From Bdellovibrionota bacterium (GTDB lineage Bacteria; Bdellovibrionota_C; UBA2361; JAAYZI01): a stretch of 64,000 bases of DNA. Positions within the stretch are counted from its first letter, which is position 1. Each line of letters starts with the position of its first letter. The DNA is taken from NCBI GenBank assembly GCA_050950765.1, contig JBMNIF010000002.1, positions 32,001 through 96,000 on the forward strand. Reading direction: 5' to 3'. The notes under the pieces are model-generated. The model saw nothing but the letters and a program-made list of their open reading frames with translations, searched no databases and was not told the DNA's origin. Position numbers and translations under genes: made by a program. Below are positions 52,806 through 62,281 of this stretch, piece after piece.

Positions 52806-53549
52806 ATGGGAATAACTTATAAAGAAGCAAGGATCATCTCGAATGATCGGGTGATTGATAATATTTTTAAAATGACCTGTGAAGATAGCAACTCCGTTAT
52901 TCCAGGGCAGTTCTATATGCTCAAGGCTAAAGGAGAAACTTTTTTAGCACGTCCCATCAGTGTCTACGAAAAAAGTCCTAATTCCGTTACATTTTTATAT
53001 GCCGTAGTTGGTAAGGGCACAGCAGAGTTTTCTGCTCTTAAAGTGGGAGACACCATCAACTTAACTGGTCCCGTAGGTAACGGCTTCGACGTAAAAAGCT
53101 TATGTGGCAAGATCGCCTTAGTTGCGGGTGGAATCGGCATTGCTCCATTCCTTGAAGTTGCAAAGGCTTTACATCAGCACGATTTAGTTACAACTCTTGA
53201 TCTTTATGCTGGCTTTAGAGACACCCCTTATCTTATTTCTGATTTTAAGCCTTATGTTTCTGCAGCACACCTTGCTTCAGAGACGGGGAAGGAAGGATAT
53301 AAAGGGTTTATAACTGATATTTTAAACCCTGCTGACTATGACTGCATCCTTTGTTGTGGACCTACCATAATGATGCAAAAAGTTGTCGCATTATGTCTGG
53401 AAAAGCAGGTTAAAGTTTTCGTTTCAATGGAAAAAAAGATGGCGTGTGGAGTTGGCGCTTGCTTAGGCTGCACCTGTCGAACGCAAGACGGGATAAAAAG
53501 AACGTGTGTAGATGGCCCTGTTTTTGATGGCACCCTTATACAATTCTAA
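52806..53549 (+). CDS. pyrK: Dihydroorotate dehydrogenase electron transfer subunit
   Basis: Motifs PGQF, RPIS, GPVGNGF, GGIGIAP, CGP and MACGVGACLGC...CVDGPVF. Confidence 0.93.
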   Translation: MGITYKEARIISNDRVIDNIFKMTCEDSNSVIPGQFYMLKAKGETFLARPISVYEKSPNSVTFLYAVVGKGTAEFSALKVGDTINLTGPVGNGFDVKSLCGKIALVAGGIGIAPFLEVAKALHQHDLVTTLDLYAGFRDTPYLISDFKPYVSAAHLASETGKEGYKGFITDILNPADYDCILCCGPTIMMQKVVALCLEKQVKVFVSMEKKMACGVGACLGCTCRTQDGIKRTCVDGPVFDGTLIQF

Positions 53550-53571
53550 ATGAACGGAGAAAATAATAACC

Positions 53572-54468
53572 ATGTTAAAAGTAAATATTAACGGTCTTGA
53601 ATTTAAAAATCCCGTTATTGCGGCATCTGGAACGTTCGGCTTTGGATCTGAATATAACGATTTTTACGATGTCGGAATTTTGGGTGGAATATCTTCAAAA
53701 GGATTAACTATAAACCCTAAAGAGGGGAATGATGGCTGCCGTATTTTTGAAACATCTTCCGGCATGATGAACTCGATCGGACTAACTAATCCAGGTATCG
53801 ACAAATTTATCGAGTGTGAGCTTCCGAAGATGGAAGCTTTTGGCACCAATATAATAGCCAATGTCGGCGGTGGTTCTTTTGAAGATTATGCTGCTGCCAT
53901 AGAAAAACTTAATTACACTTCGATAGATATGATCGAGCTAAATATCTCCTGCCCGAATGTTAAATGTGGCGGCATGGCATACGGCATTAAGGGAGGGATC
54001 GCATACGACTTTGTTAAAGAGATCCGCCCGCTCTGCAAAAAACCGTTAATGGTGAAACTTTCTCCGAATGCTGAAAATATCGTTGAAATGGCGCAAAAAT
54101 GTGAAGCAGCTGGTGCTGACTCTATCAGCCTCATCAACACCCTAAAAGGTATGGCGATAGATATAAAAAAGCGCAAACCAGTATTTAATAACGTTTACGC
54201 TGGACTTTCCGGCCCTGCCATTAAACCTGTAGCTCTACGCATGGTTCATGAAGTATCAAAAGCAGTTAAGATTCCAGTTATCGGCTTAGGTGGTATCTGT
54301 AATGCTACTGATGTGATCGAGTTTATGATGGCAGGCGCTAGGGCGTGTCAGATCGGAACGGTTAATTTTATAAACCCTCTGGCGGGGAAAGAGATAATTG
54401 AAGGGCTTAAACTTTTTTGTGAAGAAGAAGGGATTAAAGACATAAACGATATCGTCGGCGTTATCTAA
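53572..54468 (+). CDS. pyrD: Dihydroorotate dehydrogenase B, catalytic subunit
   Basis: Motifs [31 protein letters not shown] and GLSGPAIKP. Confidence 0.95.
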   Translation: MLKVNINGLEFKNPVIAASGTFGFGSEYNDFYDVGILGGISSKGLTINPKEGNDGCRIFETSSGMMNSIGLTNPGIDKFIECELPKMEAFGTNIIANVGGGSFEDYAAAIEKLNYTSIDMIELNISCPNVKCGGMAYGIKGGIAYDFVKEIRPLCKKPLMVKLSPNAENIVEMAQKCEAAGADSISLINTLKGMAIDIKKRKPVFNNVYAGLSGPAIKPVALRMVHEVSKAVKIPVIGLGGICNATDVIEFMMAGARACQIGTVNFINPLAGKEIIEGLKLFCEEEGIKDINDIVGVI

Positions 54469-54588
54469 AATGTGTTATTTGTGCCGCATATTGTTTTTTA
54501 CCTGATAAGTTGACAGTAAAAGCTACCTTGTAACACTTCTAACAATAGTATCTGGCAGAAAACTGAAACAACACATATTCTGAGACGC

Positions 54589-55986
54589 ATGGAAGAGAAT
54601 GATATAAGAAAAATAATTGAAGAGTTTGGTGCCTCTATCTATTTTGATAAAGAGATGGCACATGAAGATATTATGGGCAGCCTCGCTCAAGTAGCGATGC
54701 TTAATAAGATTTCAGTTCTTACTGATGAAGAAGCTGCCACCCTCAAGCGGGGCTTATCTGATTTAGCAAAACAGGTCGAAGAGGGTTCATTTATCTTTGA
54801 TCCGACCTATGAAGATATTCATATGAATATTGAAAAGGCGCTTTTTGCCGTTGTCGGAGAGGTGGCGGGGAAACTTCATACAGGACGCAGCCGTAACGAT
54901 CAAGTTGCGCTTGATATGCGTCTTTATTTACGCAATCAAGTACTCAAGGTCATCACTGGATTGATTAAATTGCAAAAAGCGCTCCTCGAGCAAGCAAAGA
55001 AACACTTTAATACTATCTTACCTGGATATACACATCTACAACGTGCGCAGCCTGTTCTTTTGGCTCATCACTTGATGGCTTACGCTTGGATGTTTAATCG
55101 CGATAGTAATAGATTGATTGATGCGTGGAAACGTCTCAACACCCTTCCTTTAGGATCGGGGGCTTTAGCGGGTAGCACCTTTCCATTGGATCGAGAGTAT
55201 GTCGCGGATCTATTAGCTTTTGATAGCATCTGCGAGAACAGTATGGACGGTGTTAGTGACAGAGATTTTATCTTGGAGTTCCTCGCCTGTGCCTCTATCT
55301 TTATGGTACACATCTCACGGATTAGCGAAGAGTTTATATTGTGGAGCAGTGCCGAATTCGGTTTTCTTGATTTAGACAGACGTTTTTGCAGTGGCAGTAG
55401 TATTATGCCTCAAAAGATAAACCCTGATATGGCAGAATTAAGTCGTGGCAAAGCCGGACGTGTCTTTGGAAACTTAATGGGGATGTTAACTGTCATAAAG
55501 GGGCTTCCCCTCGCCTACAACAAAGACTTACAAGAAGACAAGGAGGGGATGTTTGATACTGTGAAAACTATAAATCAGGTTCTTAAAGTTTTCACTCCCA
55601 TGATCGCCACAGCTACCTTTAACACTGAAAGGATGCGTCAAGCTGCCGACTTGAGTTATGCTAATGCTACTGATTTAGCGGACTATTTAGCAAGGAAAGG
55701 GATCCCGTTTCGTGAGGCACACGGTATTGTTAAAAAGCTTGTGATCTCTGCACACGAATCAGGGCGTGCCTTAGAAGACCTCCCTCTTTCAGAACTGCAA
55801 GAGTTCTCTCCTGTTATAGCAGATGATGTTTACCAAATTTTAAAAACGGAGGTAGTAGTTGCCGCAAGGGACACTCGTGGAGGAACTGCTCCCACACAAG
55901 TCAAACTACAAGCAGAGCGTCTAGCAGCTGCAATCACCGAACTTGAAGATTGGTTAAACACAACTTCAGCTACATTAAAAGTTTAG
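54589..55986 (+). CDS. argH: Argininosuccinate lyase
   Basis: Motifs HTGRSRNDQ, PGYTHLQ, GSSIMPQKINPD and YNKDLQEDKE. Confidence 0.96.
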   Translation: MEENDIRKIIEEFGASIYFDKEMAHEDIMGSLAQVAMLNKISVLTDEEAATLKRGLSDLAKQVEEGSFIFDPTYEDIHMNIEKALFAVVGEVAGKLHTGRSRNDQVALDMRLYLRNQVLKVITGLIKLQKALLEQAKKHFNTILPGYTHLQRAQPVLLAHHLMAYAWMFNRDSNRLIDAWKRLNTLPLGSGALAGSTFPLDREYVADLLAFDSICENSMDGVSDRDFILEFLACASIFMVHISRISEEFILWSSAEFGFLDLDRRFCSGSSIMPQKINPDMAELSRGKAGRVFGNLMGMLTVIKGLPLAYNKDLQEDKEGMFDTVKTINQVLKVFTPMIATATFNTERMRQAADLSYANATDLADYLARKGIPFREAHGIVKKLVISAHESGRALEDLPLSELQEFSPVIADDVYQILKTEVVVAARDTRGGTAPTQVKLQAERLAAAITELEDWLNTTSATLKV

Positions 55987-55987
55987 C

Positions 55988-56070
55988 CGAATTTAGTAAC
56001 ACCCTTTAGGGACGATTGAACGGGCTGATACTAAAAAATGAACTGGCTAGATCTGTACGGAGGTTAAAAA
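55988..56070 (+). repeat. Single module-A repeat with a degenerate core
   Basis: AATTTAGTAACACCCTTTAGGGACGATTGAACGGGCTG...ACGGAGGTTAAAAA, between convergent genes. Confidence 0.8.
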
Positions 56071-57341
56071 CCTTTTAGTGCTGCGGTGCAAAGTGCATCG
56101 TGAAATTTTTGATTATTTTGGTAGTGAGCTCCAAAAAGGGCATCCCATATCTCGGGCTTTTCCATACAGAGATAGATAAAGACCTTTTTATGCCACGCTT
56201 CTAAGGCAGAGTATAGGCATTTAAAGAGCTTCAATTTTATCTCATCTGTATAAGTAAGTTTACCGAGTGGATCTGACGAGAAGTTCATCTGTAAAATTTT
56301 AGTTATCCCGCCGCGCCGTCTGATCTCCTGTATAACGGGCTTGATAAAAGTTACAGACCCCATACTGATGAAACTTATCTGCGCAGGAACAAAAGTTTTT
56401 AATAGCCTTTCAATTATTGCAGGATATTCACTATCCCAACCTTTGTAGTAGATCATAGGATGAAAATGAAACGCTACCTTAACGCCTCTAGCGGCAACAA
56501 CTTCAGCAGCAGAGATACGGTCATTAAGAGAAGATGTAAAGTGTTCTTCGTTTCTGATAATGGCTTCACTGTTTAACGTCCATGAACAGACTACGTTTTT
56601 AGGGATTGTATGATTTTTAAAGTAATCAACGTTAGCTGATTTTGTTTTAAACTCCAGTAAGACATTAGGATGATCTGCTGCAAACTCGCATAAGTTATCC
56701 AGTATTCCAAAAGAGTTTCCCCACATTAAAGAATCTGAGGACTGCCCCGTACCAAAATGATAAAATCTATTCGGATCGACCTCTATCGAACGCAACTTCT
56801 CTTTTAAATCACCATCAAATAAAATTTTTCTGTGGTCACCGTAAAAAGTTTGAATCGTGCAATAACTGCAAGCAAATCCGCAATTTTGTACAGCATCAAT
56901 CGTTTTTAATCCGCAACAAAGTGTTTTATCGGAATAAACTGGACAATCCCCGAAAATTTTTTTTGACGAAACCTCCTCTACAAGATCTAAACGTGGAGAA
57001 GGTGGAGCTTTTGCAAAACCTTCACCGTACGACTTCTCTTCTGCGCATAACGCCTCTCGCTTTTTATTCAAGAGTGATAATAGCCGTTTTTTTCGTTGTT
57101 GCAGCTGCTCTGCAGCATTGAGTGAAGTTTCAGATTCTACGAGGCTCCATAATTCAGAGAGCGTTTGACCTCCCCACATCGCAAGATCTCGAGCAAGATC
57201 TGAAACAATTTTCAGATCTTGAAAAGAGAAACGATACTTAAATGCGATCTCTTTAATAAAAGCACGATCTGCTTCGCATAAAAGCGGATAAAGAGTTTGC
57301 TGGTGCATCCGCTCAAATTTATCAAGATATGGATCAAGCAC
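56064..57341 (-). CDS. Spore photoproduct lyase-like radical SAM protein with N-terminal extension
   Basis: Motifs CGFACSYC, GTGQSSDS, LEFKTKS, SWTLN, FHFHPM and YLCME. Start is uncertain (GTG at 57341 or 57353). Confidence 0.8.
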   Translation of the reverse strand: MLDPYLDKFERMHQQTLYPLLCEADRAFIKEIAFKYRFSFQDLKIVSDLARDLAMWGGQTLSELWSLVESETSLNAAEQLQQRKKRLLSLLNKKREALCAEEKSYGEGFAKAPPSPRLDLVEEVSSKKIFGDCPVYSDKTLCCGLKTIDAVQNCGFACSYCTIQTFYGDHRKILFDGDLKEKLRSIEVDPNRFYHFGTGQSSDSLMWGNSFGILDNLCEFAADHPNVLLEFKTKSANVDYFKNHTIPKNVVCSWTLNSEAIIRNEEHFTSSLNDRISAAEVVAARGVKVAFHFHPMIYYKGWDSEYPAIIERLLKTFVPAQISFISMGSVTFIKPVIQEIRRRGGITKILQMNFSSDPLGKLTYTDEIKLKLFKCLYSALEAWHKKVFIYLCMEKPEIWDALFGAHYQNNQKFHDALCTAALKGF

Positions 57342-57370
57342 AAAAAACCTCACCTGTAAGCGTTAAATGT

Positions 57371-57904
57371 TTAACGCCTCTTTTTACCATTTTTACGGTG
57401 ATTTTCATCTTTTTTTCTATTTTCATCTCTTTTTCTATTTTTTTCTGGTTTGCGTGGTTCGTTCTTCTTATCTCTTTTAGGTTTTTTTACAGCAGGATCG
57501 CGCACACCACCCCGATCTCGATCTTTTACACGTTTGTCAGGACGTGGTTTCTTACGAACATCTGGCTTATTCCTACGACTCGGTTTTTTCGGCTTCGGTG
57601 GTTCTACCCTCCTCTCGGCAGGCGGTTTTCTTATATCAGATCCGGCAGGACGATGCGGAGCAGGCGGTCTCCGATAATCAGGGCGTGGTGGTTTCCCTGG
57701 TGGTGGTCGATACCCCCTAGCGTGGTCAGGCGGTGGATATCTTACATCACCACGCCGTGGCGGTCTTCTGTAATCATCTCGGTAGTAGTCATCATCATCA
57801 TAATAGTAATAATAGCTATCACCACTATGATACGGATCATCAAAATCATTAACACATCCGAAAAAACAGAAAAGCGGTATTAGTAATAAAATAGTTCGTA
57901 ACAT
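57371..57904 (-). CDS. Low-complexity lipoprotein (Tyr/Asp-, then Pro/Arg-, then Lys/Arg-rich)
   Basis: Signal peptide MLRTILLL...FFGC followed by a disordered charged tail. Confidence 0.6.
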   Translation of the reverse strand: MLRTILLLIPLFCFFGCVNDFDDPYHSGDSYYYYYDDDDYYRDDYRRPPRRGDVRYPPPDHARGYRPPPGKPPRPDYRRPPAPHRPAGSDIRKPPAERRVEPPKPKKPSRRNKPDVRKKPRPDKRVKDRDRGGVRDPAVKKPKRDKKNEPRKPEKNRKRDENRKKDENHRKNGKKRR

Positions 57905-58003
57905 TCAGCACCACCACATTCGATACTTATCGAGACAAAAAAATGATTTAAGCAGATAAAGAAGTTCAATATCTACTTAATACAAAACACTTTGCCTTAC
58001 TGA

Positions 58004-58228
58004 CTAATAATGATGAGGTCCTCCATGATGATGCCCCCCGTGATGCGGGCCACCGTGATGAGGTCTTGGATGATGATGCCCCCCATGGTGCGGACCGCCG
58101 TGGTGGGGTCCTCTGTGATACTCTCCGTGATATGGACCGTTATGTCTTCCATGATGATGGTGATGGTGATGATCGTGACAAGCTGAAGTTGCTAATACTA
58201 ATAAAAGACACAATAAGGTTCTTAACAT
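58004..58228 (-). CDS. Small His-rich lipoprotein
   Basis: GGAGG RBS; signal peptide ending in TSAC; the mature 58 aa contain 27 His and GGPHH repeats. Confidence 0.72.
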   Translation of the reverse strand: MLRTLLCLLLVLATSACHDHHHHHHHGRHNGPYHGEYHRGPHHGGPHHGGHHHPRPHHGGPHHGGHHHGGPHHY

Positions 58229-58365
58229 TGAGATACCTCCTAAATAAGTAGGGTGCCGCAACACCCCTACCAACAATTCTATATCGTAAAAAATCTGTGA
58301 TCAGAGCACAACACAAAAATTCGGTAAAAATAACCACAAAAAGATAAGATCAAAAACTATTTTCT

Positions 58366-58463
58366 CACCCTAGTGTTGTCTTCTTTTACCTAATATCCGA
58401 GCCTAGACACTTTTTAAAAGGTTCGCTTTTTAAAAAAATTCCCACCCTAGTGTTGTCTTCTTT
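58366..58463. repeat. 21-bp direct repeat pair in a divergent promoter region
   Basis: CACCCTAGTGTTGTCTTCTTT at 58366-58386 and 58443-58463. Confidence 0.8.
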
Positions 58464-58488
58464 CATTTCGATCTATAACTTCTAGATT

Positions 58489-59904
58489 ATGCTACTAAAA
58501 GACTCCGAACAGATAAAGTTTCTTTCATCTCGCTACGCGGAGAGTGTCCCGCGCTACACCAGTTATCCAACAGCTTTAGAGCTGAAGCCGTGTTCAGATA
58601 AAAGTAAAATTATAACGGAGCTATCCTCACTTCAAGAACCGTACTCCCTTTACGTGCATATACCGTATTGTAAAACTATCTGCGCTTTTTGTGCATGTAA
58701 TAGAAGTGTCAGCACCGATCCTACAAGAGATAAAGCTTCTTACCTCAAGGCGTTAGAAGCAGAAGCAGTGCAACTTAATAAGGTTCTTTTACACAATCCT
58801 CAACTTACTTCCCTTCACATAGGCGGCGGCTCACCAAGCTTTTTAACAAGCGCTGAGCTAAAAGAACTGGATCGGATCTTACATTCAAACTTTAACTTTC
58901 AAGGTATTTTAAAGTGTGAACAAAGTATTGAACTTGATCCACGTACCATGACAGAAGAAAAGGCGGAGTTACTTAGCGCACAAGGCTATACCAGAGCCAG
59001 CTTAGGTGTCCAAGACTTTACTCCAGAAGTGCAGAAAGCCATCGGTCGTATTCAGCCCTACACTATGACAAAAGAAACGGTGAGATATTTAAGATCCGCA
59101 GGCTTTAAATCTATCAACATTGATCTTATTTATGGACTACCACAACAAAAAATAGAACCTTTCTCAATCAATATAGATCAAGTTCTAACTTTAGAGCCCG
59201 ACAGGATCGCACTTTATGGCTATGCCAATGTTCCTTGGAAAGCTACAAATCAACAACGACTAAAGGGGTATGCGCTTCCAACACCACAAGAACGTTTGCA
59301 ACTATTTTTAATGGCGTTGCAACGTTTTTCGGAGGCAGGTTATGAATATATCGGGCTTGATCACTTTGCATTGCCTAACGATTCATTAGTTAAAGCTAGA
59401 GCAGAGAACTCCTTACACCGTAATTTTATGGGATATTCAAGTATCAACACACAACACGTTTTAGCTATCGGTTCTTCTGCTATTTCTAATATCCATACCA
59501 TCTTGTATCAGAACTTTAGTGATATTACCGAGTATAAGAGAGCTATTAGCACTAATACATTACCGATCAATAAGGTGTGTTTTAAAGATAATGACGATAT
59601 CTTACGCGCCTCTCTAATAGAAGAGATTATGTGCAATGATAAGATCTCAAGAGGTGCTTTTTGCAAAAAAGCAGAGAAGCTTATCCCCTCAGAAAACACG
59701 CACCGTATTGCAGAAGAACTTTTTTCAGAAACTCTGCAACGCCTTGAGCGTTATCAAGGTGATAATTTAGTGCAGCTCCAACCTGATTTAATTCAGATTA
59801 CTCCGATAGGACGGTTATTTGTACGAACGTTAGCTTCTGTGGTAGATCGCTATCTGCCACAATATAAAGGAACTCGAGGAAAAGTTTTTTCACAAGGCTC
59901 GTGA
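58489..59904 (+). CDS. hemN: Oxygen-independent coproporphyrinogen III oxidase
   Basis: Motifs PRYTSYPTA, YVHIPYCKTICAFCAC, GGGSP, SLGVQDF, IGLDHFA and HRNFMGY. Confidence 0.95.
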   Translation: MLLKDSEQIKFLSSRYAESVPRYTSYPTALELKPCSDKSKIITELSSLQEPYSLYVHIPYCKTICAFCACNRSVSTDPTRDKASYLKALEAEAVQLNKVLLHNPQLTSLHIGGGSPSFLTSAELKELDRILHSNFNFQGILKCEQSIELDPRTMTEEKAELLSAQGYTRASLGVQDFTPEVQKAIGRIQPYTMTKETVRYLRSAGFKSINIDLIYGLPQQKIEPFSINIDQVLTLEPDRIALYGYANVPWKATNQQRLKGYALPTPQERLQLFLMALQRFSEAGYEYIGLDHFALPNDSLVKARAENSLHRNFMGYSSINTQHVLAIGSSAISNIHTILYQNFSDITEYKRAISTNTLPINKVCFKDNDDILRASLIEEIMCNDKISRGAFCKKAEKLIPSENTHRIAEELFSETLQRLERYQGDNLVQLQPDLIQITPIGRLFVRTLASVVDRYLPQYKGTRGKVFSQGS

Positions 59905-60053
59905 TAGAGTCTAAAGATCTAGTGCTGCCCAGCAGTCAGAGCTCGATACCTTTGTGAATCTACTTAGGCAAGAAGGTTCATAATAGAACGATCTTGAAAT
60001 AGGTATCTTTTAATTTTAATCTTTAACGCATTAAACCTCAACAAAAAAACATT

Positions 60054-60467
60054 ATGGAAGACATATTAGAACTTACACGACAACACTTTTCGCGCGATAA
60101 CTTCGTAAATCTACTTGGAGCAGAATTACTTGAGATAAAAAGAGGTTACGCCAAAGCAAAATTAGTTTTACACGATAAACATCTAAATGCACACGGAGTT
60201 GTGCACGGTGGTGTGATTTTTAGCCTAGCCGACTTTACTCTCGGAGTGGCAGGAGCTTCATATGGCACAACTGTTTTAGCTGTTCAAGCCAGTATCAATT
60301 TTTTACACCCTGCTAAAACAGGCGCACTCTTTGCCGAAGCTCGTGAACTTTCAAAGGGTAGAAAAATCGCAAACTACCAAGTCACGGTACATGACGATAA
60401 CGGAACTTTGATCGCCTCTTTTATCGGAGTCACCTACGATAAGGAGCTTCCGCTTCAAGGCAACTAA
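60054..60467 (+). CDS. PaaI-family hotdog thioesterase
   Basis: HLNAHGVVHGGVIFSLAD and INFLHPA. Confidence 0.9.
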   Translation: MEDILELTRQHFSRDNFVNLLGAELLEIKRGYAKAKLVLHDKHLNAHGVVHGGVIFSLADFTLGVAGASYGTTVLAVQASINFLHPAKTGALFAEARELSKGRKIANYQVTVHDDNGTLIASFIGVTYDKELPLQGN

Positions 60468-60500
60468 GGTGGCAGTGGAGTCGGTCGTAATTAAATCGTA

Positions 60501-61895
60501 TTAAAACTTTGCAAACCCTGGATAACGAGGGAACGGAATTACATCTCTAATATTACACATCCCCGTGATGTACATCAGGAACCGTTCAAAGCCCAACCCA
60601 AATCCGGCATGAGGTACAGATCCGTAACGACGCAAATCAAGATACCACTGATAATCATCCACAGGCAAAGCTAACTTATTCATCTTATCGATTAAGACAT
60701 CCAAACGTTCTTCACGTTGAGAGCCCCCAATAATCTCTCCCAACTGCGGGACTAAAAGATCCATAGCTTTAACCGTTTTACCATCTTCGTTACGACGCAT
60801 ATAAAAAGCTTTTATCTCTTCTGGATAATCGATCACAAAAAGAGGGCCTTTTACATATTCATCAGTGAGATATTTCTCATGTTCCGATTGCAGATCAATC
60901 CCCCACTTAACAGGATACTCAAACGATTTAGCGCTTTTCTCTAAAACTTGAATAGCTTCAGTATAGGTCAGCACTTTGAATTGCGACTGTACTACACTCC
61001 GTAAAGTGCCGAGTAGATCGTGTGTTACCCACTCTCTTTTTGCCAAAAAATCGAGGTCGTCTTCGCACGCATCCAAAACATCTTTTATAATAGTGACGAT
61101 AAAATCCTGTGCGATCTTCATGTCTCCTTCGAGATCGCAAAACGCCATCTCTGGCTCAACCATCCAGAACTCAGCCAAATGACGCGTTGTATTAGAATTC
61201 TCTGCGCGGAAAGTTGGACCAAAGGTATAAACATTACTGAGTGCGCAAGCAAATGTTTCAGCTTCTAATTGACCAGAAACTGTGAGGCTGGCCTCGCTAC
61301 CGAAAAAATCTTGCTTAAAATCAATCTTCCCTTCCTTCTGCGGCAAGTTATTTAGATCCAAAGTTGTTACACGAAACATATCCCCCGCCCCTTCACAATC
61401 AGAAGTGGTAATAATCGGAGTAGTTAGATAGACAAAGTTTCTATCTTGGAAAAACTTATGAATGGCGAAAGCTGCTGCCGAACGAATACGAAAGACACCT
61501 CCAAAGGTATTAGATCTGGCACGAAGATGGAGATGCTCCCTTAAAAATTCCAGTGAATGCCCTTTTTTTTGTAAAGCATAATCTTCAGCGCTACATTCAC
61601 CGACTAAAGTAATATCAGAAACTTGCATTTCAAAAGCTTGCCCCTTAGCAGGTGAAGGCTGCAATACTCCCTTTACTACAATAGCTGCTCCCGTAGTAAA
61701 GGAAGCTTCCTTACCTTTATAAGACTCCAACTCTGGATCTATAACCAACTGCACTCCCTTTACGCTGGAGCCGTCAGAAAGTTCGATAAACGAGATTTTT
61801 TTAGATTGTCGATGTGTCCTAATCCAACCTTCTATCTGATATTCCCCTGCTTCTATAAGCCCCTTATTAATATCCCGTACAGAAATCTTATTCAT
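60501..61895 (-). CDS. asnS: Asparagine--tRNA ligase
   Basis: Motifs DCEGAG, LTVSGQL, FRAENSNTTRHLAEFWM, GGSQRE and GFGLGFER. Confidence 0.97.
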   Translation of the reverse strand: MNKISVRDINKGLIEAGEYQIEGWIRTHRQSKKISFIELSDGSSVKGVQLVIDPELESYKGKEASFTTGAAIVVKGVLQPSPAKGQAFEMQVSDITLVGECSAEDYALQKKGHSLEFLREHLHLRARSNTFGGVFRIRSAAAFAIHKFFQDRNFVYLTTPIITTSDCEGAGDMFRVTTLDLNNLPQKEGKIDFKQDFFGSEASLTVSGQLEAETFACALSNVYTFGPTFRAENSNTTRHLAEFWMVEPEMAFCDLEGDMKIAQDFIVTIIKDVLDACEDDLDFLAKREWVTHDLLGTLRSVVQSQFKVLTYTEAIQVLEKSAKSFEYPVKWGIDLQSEHEKYLTDEYVKGPLFVIDYPEEIKAFYMRRNEDGKTVKAMDLLVPQLGEIIGGSQREERLDVLIDKMNKLALPVDDYQWYLDLRRYGSVPHAGFGLGFERFLMYITGMCNIRDVIPFPRYPGFAKF

Positions 61896-62067
61896 AAAGA
61901 ACGTCCCCCCTCCCGATAGTATTTAAGTTTTTTCTATACATTAGTACCTCAATTTGAATATTTGCAAGCCAAAATATCCATAAAAAACACCTTCAAGCCT
62001 TCCCATTAAACTTACTTTAAGCTAATATCCAGCCCCGTGGTTAGCTATTTTAAGCAGCCGTAAAAAT

Positions 62068-62145
<78 letters not shown>

Positions 62146-62281
62146 CTTTTATAACGACACCATCATCCGCAGTTTTGTTGTGAACGCATTATAGAATCCT
62201 AAATATCTGGATGATTCTAATCTTTTATGCTATTTACTTGAAGTAATCTTTTCATTCTCTATAAATCTCTAAAGGTTCGAC

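Noticed and set aside
57329..57883. 184-aa hydrophobic plus-strand ORF
   Set aside because: It is the antisense shadow of the low-complexity lipoprotein gene.
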